DNA of 62,550 bases from positions 1 to 62,550 of IMG/VR virus record IMGVR_UViG_3300020045_014212; one strand, written 5' to 3'. Position numbers and translations under genes: made by a program. Below the pieces are notes generated by a model that was not told the origin of the DNA, did not search any database, and saw only the letters and a list, made by a program, of their open reading frames with translations. This document shows positions 1-7,658 of the stretch, piece by piece; position 1 is the first letter of the stretch, and each line of letters opens with the position of its first letter. Source of the DNA: a virus (Duplodnaviria > Caudoviricetes).

Positions 1-1
1 C

Positions 2-442
2 AACCTTCGCAACGCCAACCTTCGCAACGCCGACCTTAGTAACGCCGACCTTAGCGGGGCCAACCTTAGTAACGCCGACCTTAGCGGGGCCAACCTTAGC
101 TGGGCCAACCTTCGCGGGGCCAACCTTAGCGTGGCCAACCTTACACCAATTAAAAACGACATGCTTATCGTTCTATTGTATGGAATGAAAGAAATACAGC
201 ATTTAAAAGAATCAATAATAAACGGAAGGATAAATGGTTCTTGCTATGATGGTGAATGCTGTTGCCTAAATGGAACACTTGCTAAAAATGGTAACAAAAG
301 TGTTTTAACTGTTCGTGATGCAAATAGGCCAATAGAAAGATTATTTTTAGGAATAAAAGAAGGCGACACTCCCGAAAATAATCAAATTTGTTCTATTGTA
401 CTTGGCTGGATTGAGGAGTTTGAAACGTTAACAAAACAATAA
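2..442 (+). CDS. Pentapeptide-repeat protein, 3' part (continues from 62335..62550 across the junction)
   Basis: Frame open from nt 2 with A(N/D)L(R/S)x repeats, followed by a Cys-containing C-terminal domain ([17 protein letters not shown]). Confidence 0.85.
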   Translation, partial: NLRNANLRNADLSNADLSGANLSNADLSGANLSWANLRGANLSVANLTPIKNDMLIVLLYGMKEIQHLKESIINGRINGSCYDGECCCLNGTLAKNGNKSVLTVRDANRPIERLFLGIKEGDTPENNQICSIVLGWIEEFETLTKQ

Positions 443-484
443 CATTTATTTTTTACCAATTACCAATTATTTTTTGTAAATTTG
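429..484 (+). promoter_or_regulatory. Bacteroidota-type promoter with upstream TAACA-N6-TAACA
   Basis: TAAATTTG at 477-484 just before ATG 489; TAACAAAACAATAACA at 429-444. Confidence 0.6.
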
Positions 485-488
485 TATT

Positions 489-650
489 ATGACAACTGTA
501 CAAGGGTTAATAGATGAACTTCAAAAAATTGAAGACAAATCTAAAACAATCTCCCTAGAATTAGGAACCATTACCCCTTCCATTCTAAAGCGAGATACTG
601 AATTTGGAATTGACGAGCGCGAAACAATTGTAATATTAACAAATACTTAA
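489..650 (+). CDS. Small hypothetical protein (53 aa, MTTVQGLIDELQKIEDK...)
   Basis: Open frame read by hand; fills the gap between the promoter and the next gene. Confidence 0.65.
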   Translation: MTTVQGLIDELQKIEDKSKTISLELGTITPSILKRDTEFGIDERETIVILTNT

Positions 651-652
651 TT

Positions 653-841
653 ATGAAAATCACATTCATCTCAAACGGCACTCACCAAATGGTTATAACA
701 CCGGAAAATGAAGAAGACAAATTCCATCTCGCCTTAGTGTCTGGCGGTTCGGCTGTGGTGAAGGAATCATTCGCAATAGGAGAGTCAATTTCAAAAGATT
801 GTCTTGTCATAACCAAAGATAAGCCACAAACACACCCTTAG
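653..841 (+). CDS. Hypothetical protein
   Basis: ORF in a tightly packed operon. Confidence 0.65.
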   Translation: MKITFISNGTHQMVITPENEEDKFHLALVSGGSAVVKESFAIGESISKDCLVITKDKPQTHP

Positions 842-846
842 CTGAT

Positions 847-1302
847 ATGAATATATTTGTACTCGACGAAAACCCATACCTTGCAGCAAAATATCACTGC
901 GACAAGCATGTGGTTAAAATGATACTCGAGACCGCCCAAATCTTGTCCACTGTTATGGATAAGAAAGGCAAGTGGCAATCTTGGATGTATAAGCCGACTC
1001 ATAGGAATCATCCTTGTGTTATTTGGGCGGAGGATGAGACAAATTTCGCATGGTTATCTTGGTTAGGAATGTTTCTTTGTTATGAATATCATACTCGATA
1101 CGATAAATTTCACAAAACGAAAGATATACTTCAGCAATTTAATGAAGGTGTTGAATTGCGCACTCCTCGTGAATTTGTCCTCTGCATGCCTGACGAATGC
1201 AAAATAGGAGATGCTATTGAATCTTATCGTAATTATTATATGACGCACAAGCGCAATATTGCAATCTGGAAAAATGGAGCAATCCCAAACTGGTTTATAT
1301 GA
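847..1302 (+). CDS. Pyrimidine-dimer DNA glycosylase/DenV-like family protein
   Basis: MNIFVLDENP...HCDKHVVKMILETAQILST and H.NHPC..W motifs; YRNYY near the C-terminus. Confidence 0.8.
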   Translation: MNIFVLDENPYLAAKYHCDKHVVKMILETAQILSTVMDKKGKWQSWMYKPTHRNHPCVIWAEDETNFAWLSWLGMFLCYEYHTRYDKFHKTKDILQQFNEGVELRTPREFVLCMPDECKIGDAIESYRNYYMTHKRNIAIWKNGAIPNWFI

Positions 1303-1493
1303 AAGAAAGAGCTATTGAATTTGCGGAGTGGATATACGGCAAAAGAATGACAAGAAGTATTCTTGGTGAATGGGGAAATGAGATTGGGTTTAAATTCTAC
1401 CCTGTTGCATTCACAACCAAAGAACTTTACCTTCTATTCGAAAAAGAAAACCCAATAATTGAACAAGAAAAAGAATCTGTATATGGATGCTAG
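1299..1493 (+). CDS. Hypothetical protein
   Basis: ATGA overlap with upstream gene; AIEFAEW...TTKELYLLF. Confidence 0.65.
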   Translation: MKERAIEFAEWIYGKRMTRSILGEWGNEIGFKFYPVAFTTKELYLLFEKENPIIEQEKESVYGC

Positions 1494-1698
1494 ATTAAAG
1501 AGAAGGGTCAGACTTAATATTGAAGAGCGTAACAAACAGTTCGAAACATGCCTAAATCTTCCAGTGAACGGTACTTTCGAGTTCGACACAGAAAACGCAA
1601 ACTCATGGAGAACATCATGGAGAATGTTGGATAAGGGAGGAAAGGAATTTGAAACAAGATTAGCAGGAAAAACTTTATTGGTATGGAGGATAGCATAA
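1483..1698 (+). CDS. Hypothetical protein (start likely MDARLK)
   Basis: ORF in operon; ends LLVWRIA, resembling the IRIWRVE end of 47893..48162. Confidence 0.55.
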   Translation: MDARLKRRVRLNIEERNKQFETCLNLPVNGTFEFDTENANSWRTSWRMLDKGGKEFETRLAGKTLLVWRIA

Positions 1699-2378
1699 TC
1701 AAAAAGATACGAGGATTACTAGATAAAGCCGCCTCTACAGATAGTCTTCCTGAAAGAGAGGCCTTTATGACTAAGGCGCAGGAGCTACTTGCCAAATACA
1801 ACATAGAAATGTCTAAAGTCCAGACATTCGAAGTTGAAGGTGTAACTGAAATTCATCAGAGGTACGAAGCTGATTGGGAGAAAAAACTTGTATTTGTTAT
1901 AGCCAAACATAACTTCTGCAAAGCACTTTCCGATTCTCGCAATGGGGTTATGATGATTTTCGGAAAGAAGTCAAATATCGAAGTCGTGCAGTATATGTAT
2001 AATTTCTTTCGTTCATCACTTCTATCATTATCCTTGTCCTCATACACTTCCTTCCTGAACGAAAAATCAGAATTGGCCGGAGTTGAGGTAAACCCAAACT
2101 CTAAATACCGTACAAAATGGCTATTCGATTATTATATGGGTGGTGCATTCGGTATTGAAGCCAAAATGAAAGAAAAGGTTGAAGAGATGGGTACATACGG
2201 ACTAATACTGATTGGTGGTAAGGAGATACAGAATTATATTGATTCTCGCTATACAGTTGGAAGATCTCGTGGTCGCGCTGTTGAATACGGCAAGGGATTT
2301 GATAAAGGTTTCTCTGACGGCAAAAACATACAATTAGGACAAGCAATTTCATCATCAAGTATAAAACAAATCAAATGA
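1683..2378 (+). CDS. DUF2786-domain protein
   Basis: N-terminal KKIRGLLDKAAST...EREAFMTKAQELLAKYNI. Confidence 0.8.
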   Translation: MEDSIIKKIRGLLDKAASTDSLPEREAFMTKAQELLAKYNIEMSKVQTFEVEGVTEIHQRYEADWEKKLVFVIAKHNFCKALSDSRNGVMMIFGKKSNIEVVQYMYNFFRSSLLSLSLSSYTSFLNEKSELAGVEVNPNSKYRTKWLFDYYMGGAFGIEAKMKEKVEEMGTYGLILIGGKEIQNYIDSRYTVGRSRGRAVEYGKGFDKGFSDGKNIQLGQAISSSSIKQIK

Positions 2379-2791
2379 AAAAAACAAACAAGGAATTGGA
2401 AACAAGAATCATGGAACTTTCAACCATGAATGAAAAATTAAGAACCGTCAATGAGAAGCTCGAAGGCGAAAATATAAACCTCGCAATAGCGCGAGACAAT
2501 TTGGAGCACAAACTTTTCGCCGCCGACCAATTAAACATCGCGCTTGTACAAAGGGCCATTGACTTCAGAAACCCGCAGGACGCAGCTTCTAAAGTCCTCG
2601 AATCACTCTTTAAACTTCCATTGTCAACTGGTACGGAATTTGTTTGCCAACTGCACGCTAACTTTTCTGAATACCTGCGCCTGACCGAAGGGAAAAGGAG
2701 GAATCAACACGCATTCTCTAGGAAGATGTTGGAAAAGTTAACCGATATGTCTTCTGACGTTGTTGACGGAAAGGTTGCTTTTGAAAGATAA
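2375..2791 (+). CDS. Coiled-coil hypothetical protein
   Basis: Heptad-rich N-terminus; ATGA overlap. Confidence 0.7.
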   Translation: MKKTNKELETRIMELSTMNEKLRTVNEKLEGENINLAIARDNLEHKLFAADQLNIALVQRAIDFRNPQDAASKVLESLFKLPLSTGTEFVCQLHANFSEYLRLTEGKRRNQHAFSRKMLEKLTDMSSDVVDGKVAFER

Positions 2792-2940
2792 TTAGAAAAG
2801 AAAATGTAGGCTTAAAAGTAGCCATCATCCAAGGAGTGACATTTTGCAAATATCGAGAGCCTACAACGATTTGAAACGTTAGAAACGAAAGATTAGGGTA
2901 TTCAGATAGTCTTTAGTGTAATAACACATTCTTTCTAATT
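2790..2940 (+). ncRNA. Candidate structured RNA mimicking the 23S rRNA uL11-binding (GTPase-associated, H43/H44) domain, with a 78-nt insertion
   Basis: AUGUAGGCUUAAAAGUAGCCAUCAUCCAAGGAGU (2804-2837) and GUGUAAUAACACA (2916-2928) align to E. coli 23S 1057-1090 and 1091-1103; closed by AATTAGAAAAGAA/TTCTTTCTAATT stem. Confidence 0.8.
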
Positions 2941-2948
2941 TACTCTTG

Positions 2949-2984
2949 CCCCATACCTGAAAAGGATGGGGTTTTGAGGTGAAA
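2949..2984 (+). promoter_or_regulatory. Bulged-A hairpin + U-tract + GGUGAAA element (copy 1)
   Basis: CCCCAT-A-CCT GAAA AGG-ATGGGG TTTTGAGGTGAAA. Confidence 0.75.
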
Positions 2985-3157
2985 TGAATTTCAACTACAA
3001 CAACCCCCGCGAGTTCAACCTTGATGATATGGAAAAAGATCTCATACTCAAGGTAATGAAAGTGACCGGAATCAAAATACAAGCCTGCAAAATACTCGGA
3101 ATAACCGACAGGTGTTTAAGGGATAAAATCAAAAAACATGGTATAAAATGGGAATAG
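2984..3157 (+). CDS. Fis-like helix-turn-helix protein (57 aa)
   Basis: Hand translation MNFNYNNPREFNLDDMEKDLILKVMKVTGIKIQACKILGITDRCLRDKIKKHGIKWE fits the Fis/NtrC C-terminal HTH pattern. Confidence 0.75.
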   Translation: MNFNYNNPREFNLDDMEKDLILKVMKVTGIKIQACKILGITDRCLRDKIKKHGIKWE

Positions 3158-3723
3158 CTTCACTCTCTGACTACAGGAAGGAATTTAAGTTTCATATAAA
3201 TAGAGGATTGTGTGGTTTGTCATGCAATGTAATTTTAAAAGGTAGGCGCAAATTTGATTTTGACGTATTTTTACCTTCTATTGGTTGCAATCTTCAGAGG
3301 AAACACGTCTGGACATTGGAACAAAAGCGGGAACTGATTTTTTCCATTATAAAGGGTGTTAATATTGGTAAAATAACACTTATTCAACACGAAACAAAAG
3401 ATGATACAATATATCAAGTTATTGATGGCAAACAAAGGCTGTCTGCTATAATTGATTTTATCTTTGGTGTGTTTGAAATAATCCTTTGTGATGGAGTGTC
3501 ATATACCTATTTCAATCTCCCTAAAGACATAAAACAGGAAATAACACTTTTCGATATAATCTCGGATATTGGATATTCTTATCACGATAGGCCAATAACA
3601 GATAAGGAAAAGATTGAATGGTTTGAACTCATAAATTTCACAGGAACACCACAAGATAAAGAACATCTAAATAAATTGAAAAATGGGAAGGATAATCATA
3701 ATAATTCTGACGGTATTCTTTGA
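3148..3723 (+). CDS. DUF262 (ParB/Srx-like) domain protein
   Basis: LQRKHVW...LIFSI and VIDGKQRL motifs; FELIN near the C-terminus. Confidence 0.8.
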   Translation: MGIASLSDYRKEFKFHINRGLCGLSCNVILKGRRKFDFDVFLPSIGCNLQRKHVWTLEQKRELIFSIIKGVNIGKITLIQHETKDDTIYQVIDGKQRLSAIIDFIFGVFEIILCDGVSYTYFNLPKDIKQEITLFDIISDIGYSYHDRPITDKEKIEWFELINFTGTPQDKEHLNKLKNGKDNHNNSDGIL

Positions 3724-3813
3724 TATAATCGTTATTTGGTGGTGCGAAGACAAAATACCGCCAATCTTTCCTTTTCTATTGTGTTGCGTCATAACAATAA
3801 TATCATTTCTAAG

Positions 3814-4425
3814 ATGTATGCCTCGTATATAAGAGTTTCAACCAAATCCCAGGATTTAGGACTTGACGCACAACGAAAAATGTGTGAAAAGTATAATCCT
3901 GTTATTGAATTTCAGGAGAAAGAAAGTGGCCGTAATAATAGTCGGCCAATCCTCGCGGAGGCCGTTAGGTATTGTAGGGAGAATGGAGCTATTCTGGTTG
4001 TGGCCAAACTTGACCGCTTAGGCCGAAATGCATGGTACATGCTGAAGTTAATAGAAGAAAGTGGCATAGATTTTGTATTTTGCGATAATCCATCCGCAAC
4101 AAAATTAACCATTGGCATTCTAGCTGTTATCGCAGATGATGAAGCGAGGAGAATTAGCGATAGAACTAAAGCTGCGCTGGCTGTTTTGAAGGAGCGCGGG
4201 GTTAAACTTGGAGGAACTATGAACCCTTCCGAAAAGGATAGGGAATTGGCCGTTATTGCGGTACGGGAAAAGGCAGAAAAGAACGAAAACAACGTCCGAG
4301 CTCGCGCCATTATCTCTTCCATTAAAGGGACATTAGAAGAAAAGGCTAACTACCTGAACGCACATGGATTTAAAACCTCTAGAGGAGGATATTTTTCACC
4401 GACACAAATAAGGAGATTGACATGA
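3814..4425 (+). CDS. Serine recombinase (resolvase/invertase family)
   Basis: YIRVST, Q-rich N-terminus, ESG...RP.L, LVVAKLDRLGRN, ISDRTKAAL...GVKLG; start moved to MYASYIRVS. Confidence 0.92.
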   Translation: MYASYIRVSTKSQDLGLDAQRKMCEKYNPVIEFQEKESGRNNSRPILAEAVRYCRENGAILVVAKLDRLGRNAWYMLKLIEESGIDFVFCDNPSATKLTIGILAVIADDEARRISDRTKAALAVLKERGVKLGGTMNPSEKDRELAVIAVREKAEKNENNVRARAIISSIKGTLEEKANYLNAHGFKTSRGGYFSPTQIRRLT

Positions 4426-4688
4426 AGCGACCATACTGTACGATAAATGGAATTAAATATAAGTTGAGATTAGTTACTGGAGTTTTAAGGTTTGAAAATT
4501 CAAATCCAACAAGGCCAGATTTAAATTCACTTTGGGCCTCGTATCAAAACGGAACAACTGGAATAAACGAACTTTTCGAATATTACTCTCGTTCTGGAAG
4601 TTCATTATCTTTAATGATAGAAAACTTTTCTAAATATAATGACAGGTTAAATAAGGATGATGTTAAAAAGTTTAGAGTTTATAAATAA
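4422..4688 (+). CDS. Hypothetical protein
   Basis: ATGA overlap. Confidence 0.6.
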   Translation: MKRPYCTINGIKYKLRLVTGVLRFENSNPTRPDLNSLWASYQNGTTGINELFEYYSRSGSSLSLMIENFSKYNDRLNKDDVKKFRVYK

Positions 4689-4716
4689 AATTAGGTTCAT
4701 ATAAATATAGAGCGAG

Positions 4717-4968
4717 ATGAATATCAACAATGAGAACCAGTATTACATACAACAGTCAATATATCGTTTTCTTAATGACGGATTCATAAAAGCGTGCAAT
4801 AATAATATTTTAGAGTTAACATCAATAGCTCCTGTAAAAATCATTATATCTTCCAATGGAATGGAGGCTGTAATCTATGAAGAATTTCAAGAGCGTATTG
4901 ACAAGATAAATTTTATACTTGAAGAATATAAGAAAGCAAACTATCCTGAACTTTTTAAATCGGAATAA
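4717..4968 (+). CDS. Hypothetical protein
   Basis: ORF in operon. Confidence 0.6.
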   Translation: MNINNENQYYIQQSIYRFLNDGFIKACNNNILELTSIAPVKIIISSNGMEAVIYEEFQERIDKINFILEEYKKANYPELFKSE

Positions 4969-4969
4969 A

Positions 4970-5323
4970 ATGAAAAAATTACTAATACTGCTATTACTTC
5001 CGGCTTGCACATTTAAAAGCGGAATAAAGAAAGAAACCGGAGTTATACTCGGAAAATCTTACATTCCGCGAACATCTTCAACTGGAATAGGCTATTCTTC
5101 AAGTGGCTCAACGGTTGTAACTTCTAGTTCAACTCCAGAAGAATATTCTACAATCATACACTGTTTCGAACACGATGAGACTTTTGTAACTCACCAAAGA
5201 GGTGTGTATGAAAAGGTATTTGAAAAAGATACTGTTGAGATTTCATACAAGGAAGTGATGTACAAAAAGGATAGTACACACTATGACTTTGATTTTATTG
5301 ACTGTAATAAAATTGGGAAGTAA
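4970..5323 (+). CDS. Putative lipoprotein
   Basis: Start at 4970 gives MKKLLILLLLPAC, a lipoprotein-type signal with Cys. Confidence 0.7.
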   Translation: MKKLLILLLLPACTFKSGIKKETGVILGKSYIPRTSSTGIGYSSSGSTVVTSSSTPEEYSTIIHCFEHDETFVTHQRGVYEKVFEKDTVEISYKEVMYKKDSTHYDFDFIDCNKIGK

Positions 5324-5559
5324 TGACAACCTCAATACTATTTATTCTATTCGGCCTTACATTGTTTGTATTCGGAGTGTTAATTCAATCCTCCGAAAAA
5401 GAAATGCAAAGAATCGTCAACCATCATGTAAATATGGCAAAGAAATCTCCAGACTCATATAATGAGGTTTGTTTTCTTTTCATTAGTGCTATGAGTAAGT
5501 ATTCGTACCACGAAAGATACACAGAATTTGTTCAACGCTTTTATGACCAGACGAGATGA
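5323..5559 (+). CDS. Small membrane protein
   Basis: N-terminal hydrophobic helix. Confidence 0.6.
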   Translation: MTTSILFILFGLTLFVFGVLIQSSEKEMQRIVNHHVNMAKKSPDSYNEVCFLFISAMSKYSYHERYTEFVQRFYDQTR

Positions 5560-5731
5560 TAGACCAAACAAACCCACCAGAATACATAACAAACGGCGAA
5601 GGTGTATTTGGTAAAGTTGCCAAGTGGGATGGCGACCTTTTCCTAGACGCCGATGAAGGAATGTGGATTGAAATTACAGATGCTATATCTCCGGCTACAA
5701 AAGAGGAGTATGATGATTATAAATCAAAGAT

Positions 5732-6238
5732 ATGATAGACACAAAATACAAAACCAACACCTTTGAAAACGAAAACCAATTCCAAGCGAAAGCAATCATT
5801 TTAATAAGTCAAATGTTTCCTCAATTAAGGGGAAAAGTTTGGCATACTAAAAATGAAGGGGAATTTGTTCGTAAAGCCATACAGGAAGGGAGTGGCTGGC
5901 GAGTAGAAACAGACGCGGAACTGGAACTTAGAAAAAAGGTTGAAGGTGGAAGGAATAAGGCACTTGGAATGGTTGCTGGAATACCGGATATTTTGATTCT
6001 ATACCGAGGATTATTGTACGGAATTGAATTGAAGCAGCCAAGTGGAGTGTTGTCTCCATCGCAAAAAGAACTACATGTAAACTGGAATAAGGATAGTGTT
6101 CCGGTGGTTACTTGCTACGAATTATTTAGCGTTTTATCTTACATAAGTGATATTGTCAACTATGGTTGTAGTAATAAGTCGGACGCAATCAGCAATATGT
6201 TTGACTGGTTTAAAAATCAACGTAGCGTGGTATATTAG
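5732..6238 (+). CDS. VRR-NUC domain nuclease
   Basis: E..FQ, G..AGIPD, IELK, LSPSQ motifs. Confidence 0.85.
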   Translation: MIDTKYKTNTFENENQFQAKAIILISQMFPQLRGKVWHTKNEGEFVRKAIQEGSGWRVETDAELELRKKVEGGRNKALGMVAGIPDILILYRGLLYGIELKQPSGVLSPSQKELHVNWNKDSVPVVTCYELFSVLSYISDIVNYGCSNKSDAISNMFDWFKNQRSVVY

Positions 6239-6286
6239 CCCCAACACGCCCACAAAAAACCAATCGTGTATGTATGTACCAAAAAC

Positions 6287-6316
6287 AAAAAAACCGGCCT
6301 AAATGGTCGGTTTTTT
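6287..6316. terminator. Bidirectional intrinsic terminator
   Basis: A7-CCGGCC TAAAT GGTCGG-T6 between convergent operons. Confidence 0.85.
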
Positions 6317-6335
6317 GATGTGCGAGCATGAATGA

Positions 6336-6740
6336 TTATTTAACATAAACAATCTTCATTTCAAGTGCGTCGGCTAAATCATGTTCAATTTTAGCACCTT
6401 TTGAATCCTTCCAATCAGGTAGCATGTGGATTTCGTTGCATGTTAATAGATGAGCAATTCCGATTTTCATATATTCTTCGTAGGTTCTTGTAATAATACC
6501 AGTTCCACTGCAAGTATGATGTATATTAGGAAAATAATTTTCACTTTCTTTACAATGCTCGCATCCGTAGCATTTATGTAAATTTAATGGATTTACAACA
6601 CTACCTTTTATAAAGGTATTTGTTTTTTCTGTTTCGGAGCAAAAATCTTTTAATAGTTTTTTCTCGTAATCCCCAAACTTTTTAATCGCTTCATCAAGCG
6701 GCAATCAGGTAATTTTTCCGGCAATGTAGATTTTTCTCAT
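6336..6740 (-). pseudogene. DUF4406/nucleoside deoxyribosyltransferase-like gene with an in-frame TGA at codon 12
   Basis: Reads MRKIYIAGKIT*LPLDEA...; C-terminal MLPDWKDSKGAKIEHDLA is typical of the family. Confidence 0.7.
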
Positions 6741-6852
6741 TTCGAATTTTTTTGAAATATATTATAGGATAATTGAAGAATTGATAAAATGCAAATGATT
6801 GATATAAGCCAATGCCTTGCAATTATTTGAAAGAATAGTTCGAGGTTTTCCA

Positions 6853-7053
6853 TTATTTATAAATTTGTCTAAAAGTTTCACCATCAACTGGTAATAATTC
6901 TCCATCAACCTCCACTTCATACCAAATCCTTTTCTGATATTTATCAATTTCAATATGCACAGTATCAACAATACCTTCGATTTCTCGATTGGTATTGTTC
7001 ATAAAAGATAGGACTTCGCCTACTTTGTGGTATTGAAGGTAGGTTAGCATCAA
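6853..7053 (-). CDS. Hypothetical protein
   Basis: ATGA overlap in operon. Confidence 0.6.
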   Translation of the reverse strand: MMLTYLQYHKVGEVLSFMNNTNREIEGIVDTVHIEIDKYQKRIWYEVEVDGELLPVDGETFRQIYK

Positions 7054-7451
7054 TAATATATCTTAGTTATCATTGGTTCGTTGTCAAGTGCGAGTGGTAG
7101 CAACCATTTCAAATTAGGATGAGACGGAAGATTGAATGGAATCGAACAAATCATAACAGTATCATCTTCCATTGTCTTATTTTGAAAGATGGAATCACTG
7201 AAGGCTCGGAAAAAACTTATTTCAAGTTCACCCTTCTCGAGACGAGCAAACAATTCCCAATCAGTAATAACAATGCCAGCCTCTTCAATAAATTCACGAA
7301 ACATAGCTTCAAAACTATCTTCGCCTTCATCTACATGACCCCCTATGCCTGTAAATAATTGCTGGTTGTCGTATTCAGGGAACAGTCTCTTCATCAACAA
7401 TACTTTCGAGCTGTCATTAGAAAACAAAAACCCTATTGATACTTTTGTCAT
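7050..7451 (-). CDS. Nudix hydrolase
   Basis: Nudix box GGHVDEGEDSFEAMFREFIEEAG. Confidence 0.9.
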   Translation of the reverse strand: MTKVSIGFLFSNDSSKVLLMKRLFPEYDNQQLFTGIGGHVDEGEDSFEAMFREFIEEAGIVITDWELFARLEKGELEISFFRAFSDSIFQNKTMEDDTVMICSIPFNLPSHPNLKWLLPLALDNEPMITKIYY

Positions 7452-7658
7452 TTTATTCTTTTGTATGGTAAACCAAATATTTGTGAGTAAAAGAATGTTC
7501 GTTTATCTTCTGATTGCTCCCATTTTTCAAAAATGTCCTTAGCTGAAAGCTGTGGTTTCGGAGGAAAAACTAAAGGTGGTACATACTCCACGATAGAGCC
7601 AGAATTAAATTCAACTCTAATACAGTTCGATGCAAGAGTGGCGGTTCCTTCTGTAAAT

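Noticed and set aside
1-130. CRISPR array or DGR template/variable repeat
   Set aside because: These are 15-bp in-frame coding repeats with no spacers; no cas or reverse transcriptase gene was recognised.
2790-2940. True rRNA gene, host contamination or tRNA
   Set aside because: Similarity is confined to 23S 1057-1103, is split by an insertion and is flanked by phage genes; no cloverleaf or T-loop is present.
3814-4425. Integrase implying a prophage
   Set aside because: About 200 aa, lacking the large C-terminal region of serine integrases; no host flanks or att sites were seen.
6705-6707. Genome-wide TGA reassignment
   Set aside because: Many genes end in TGA with ATGA overlaps, and long genes are intact under the standard code.
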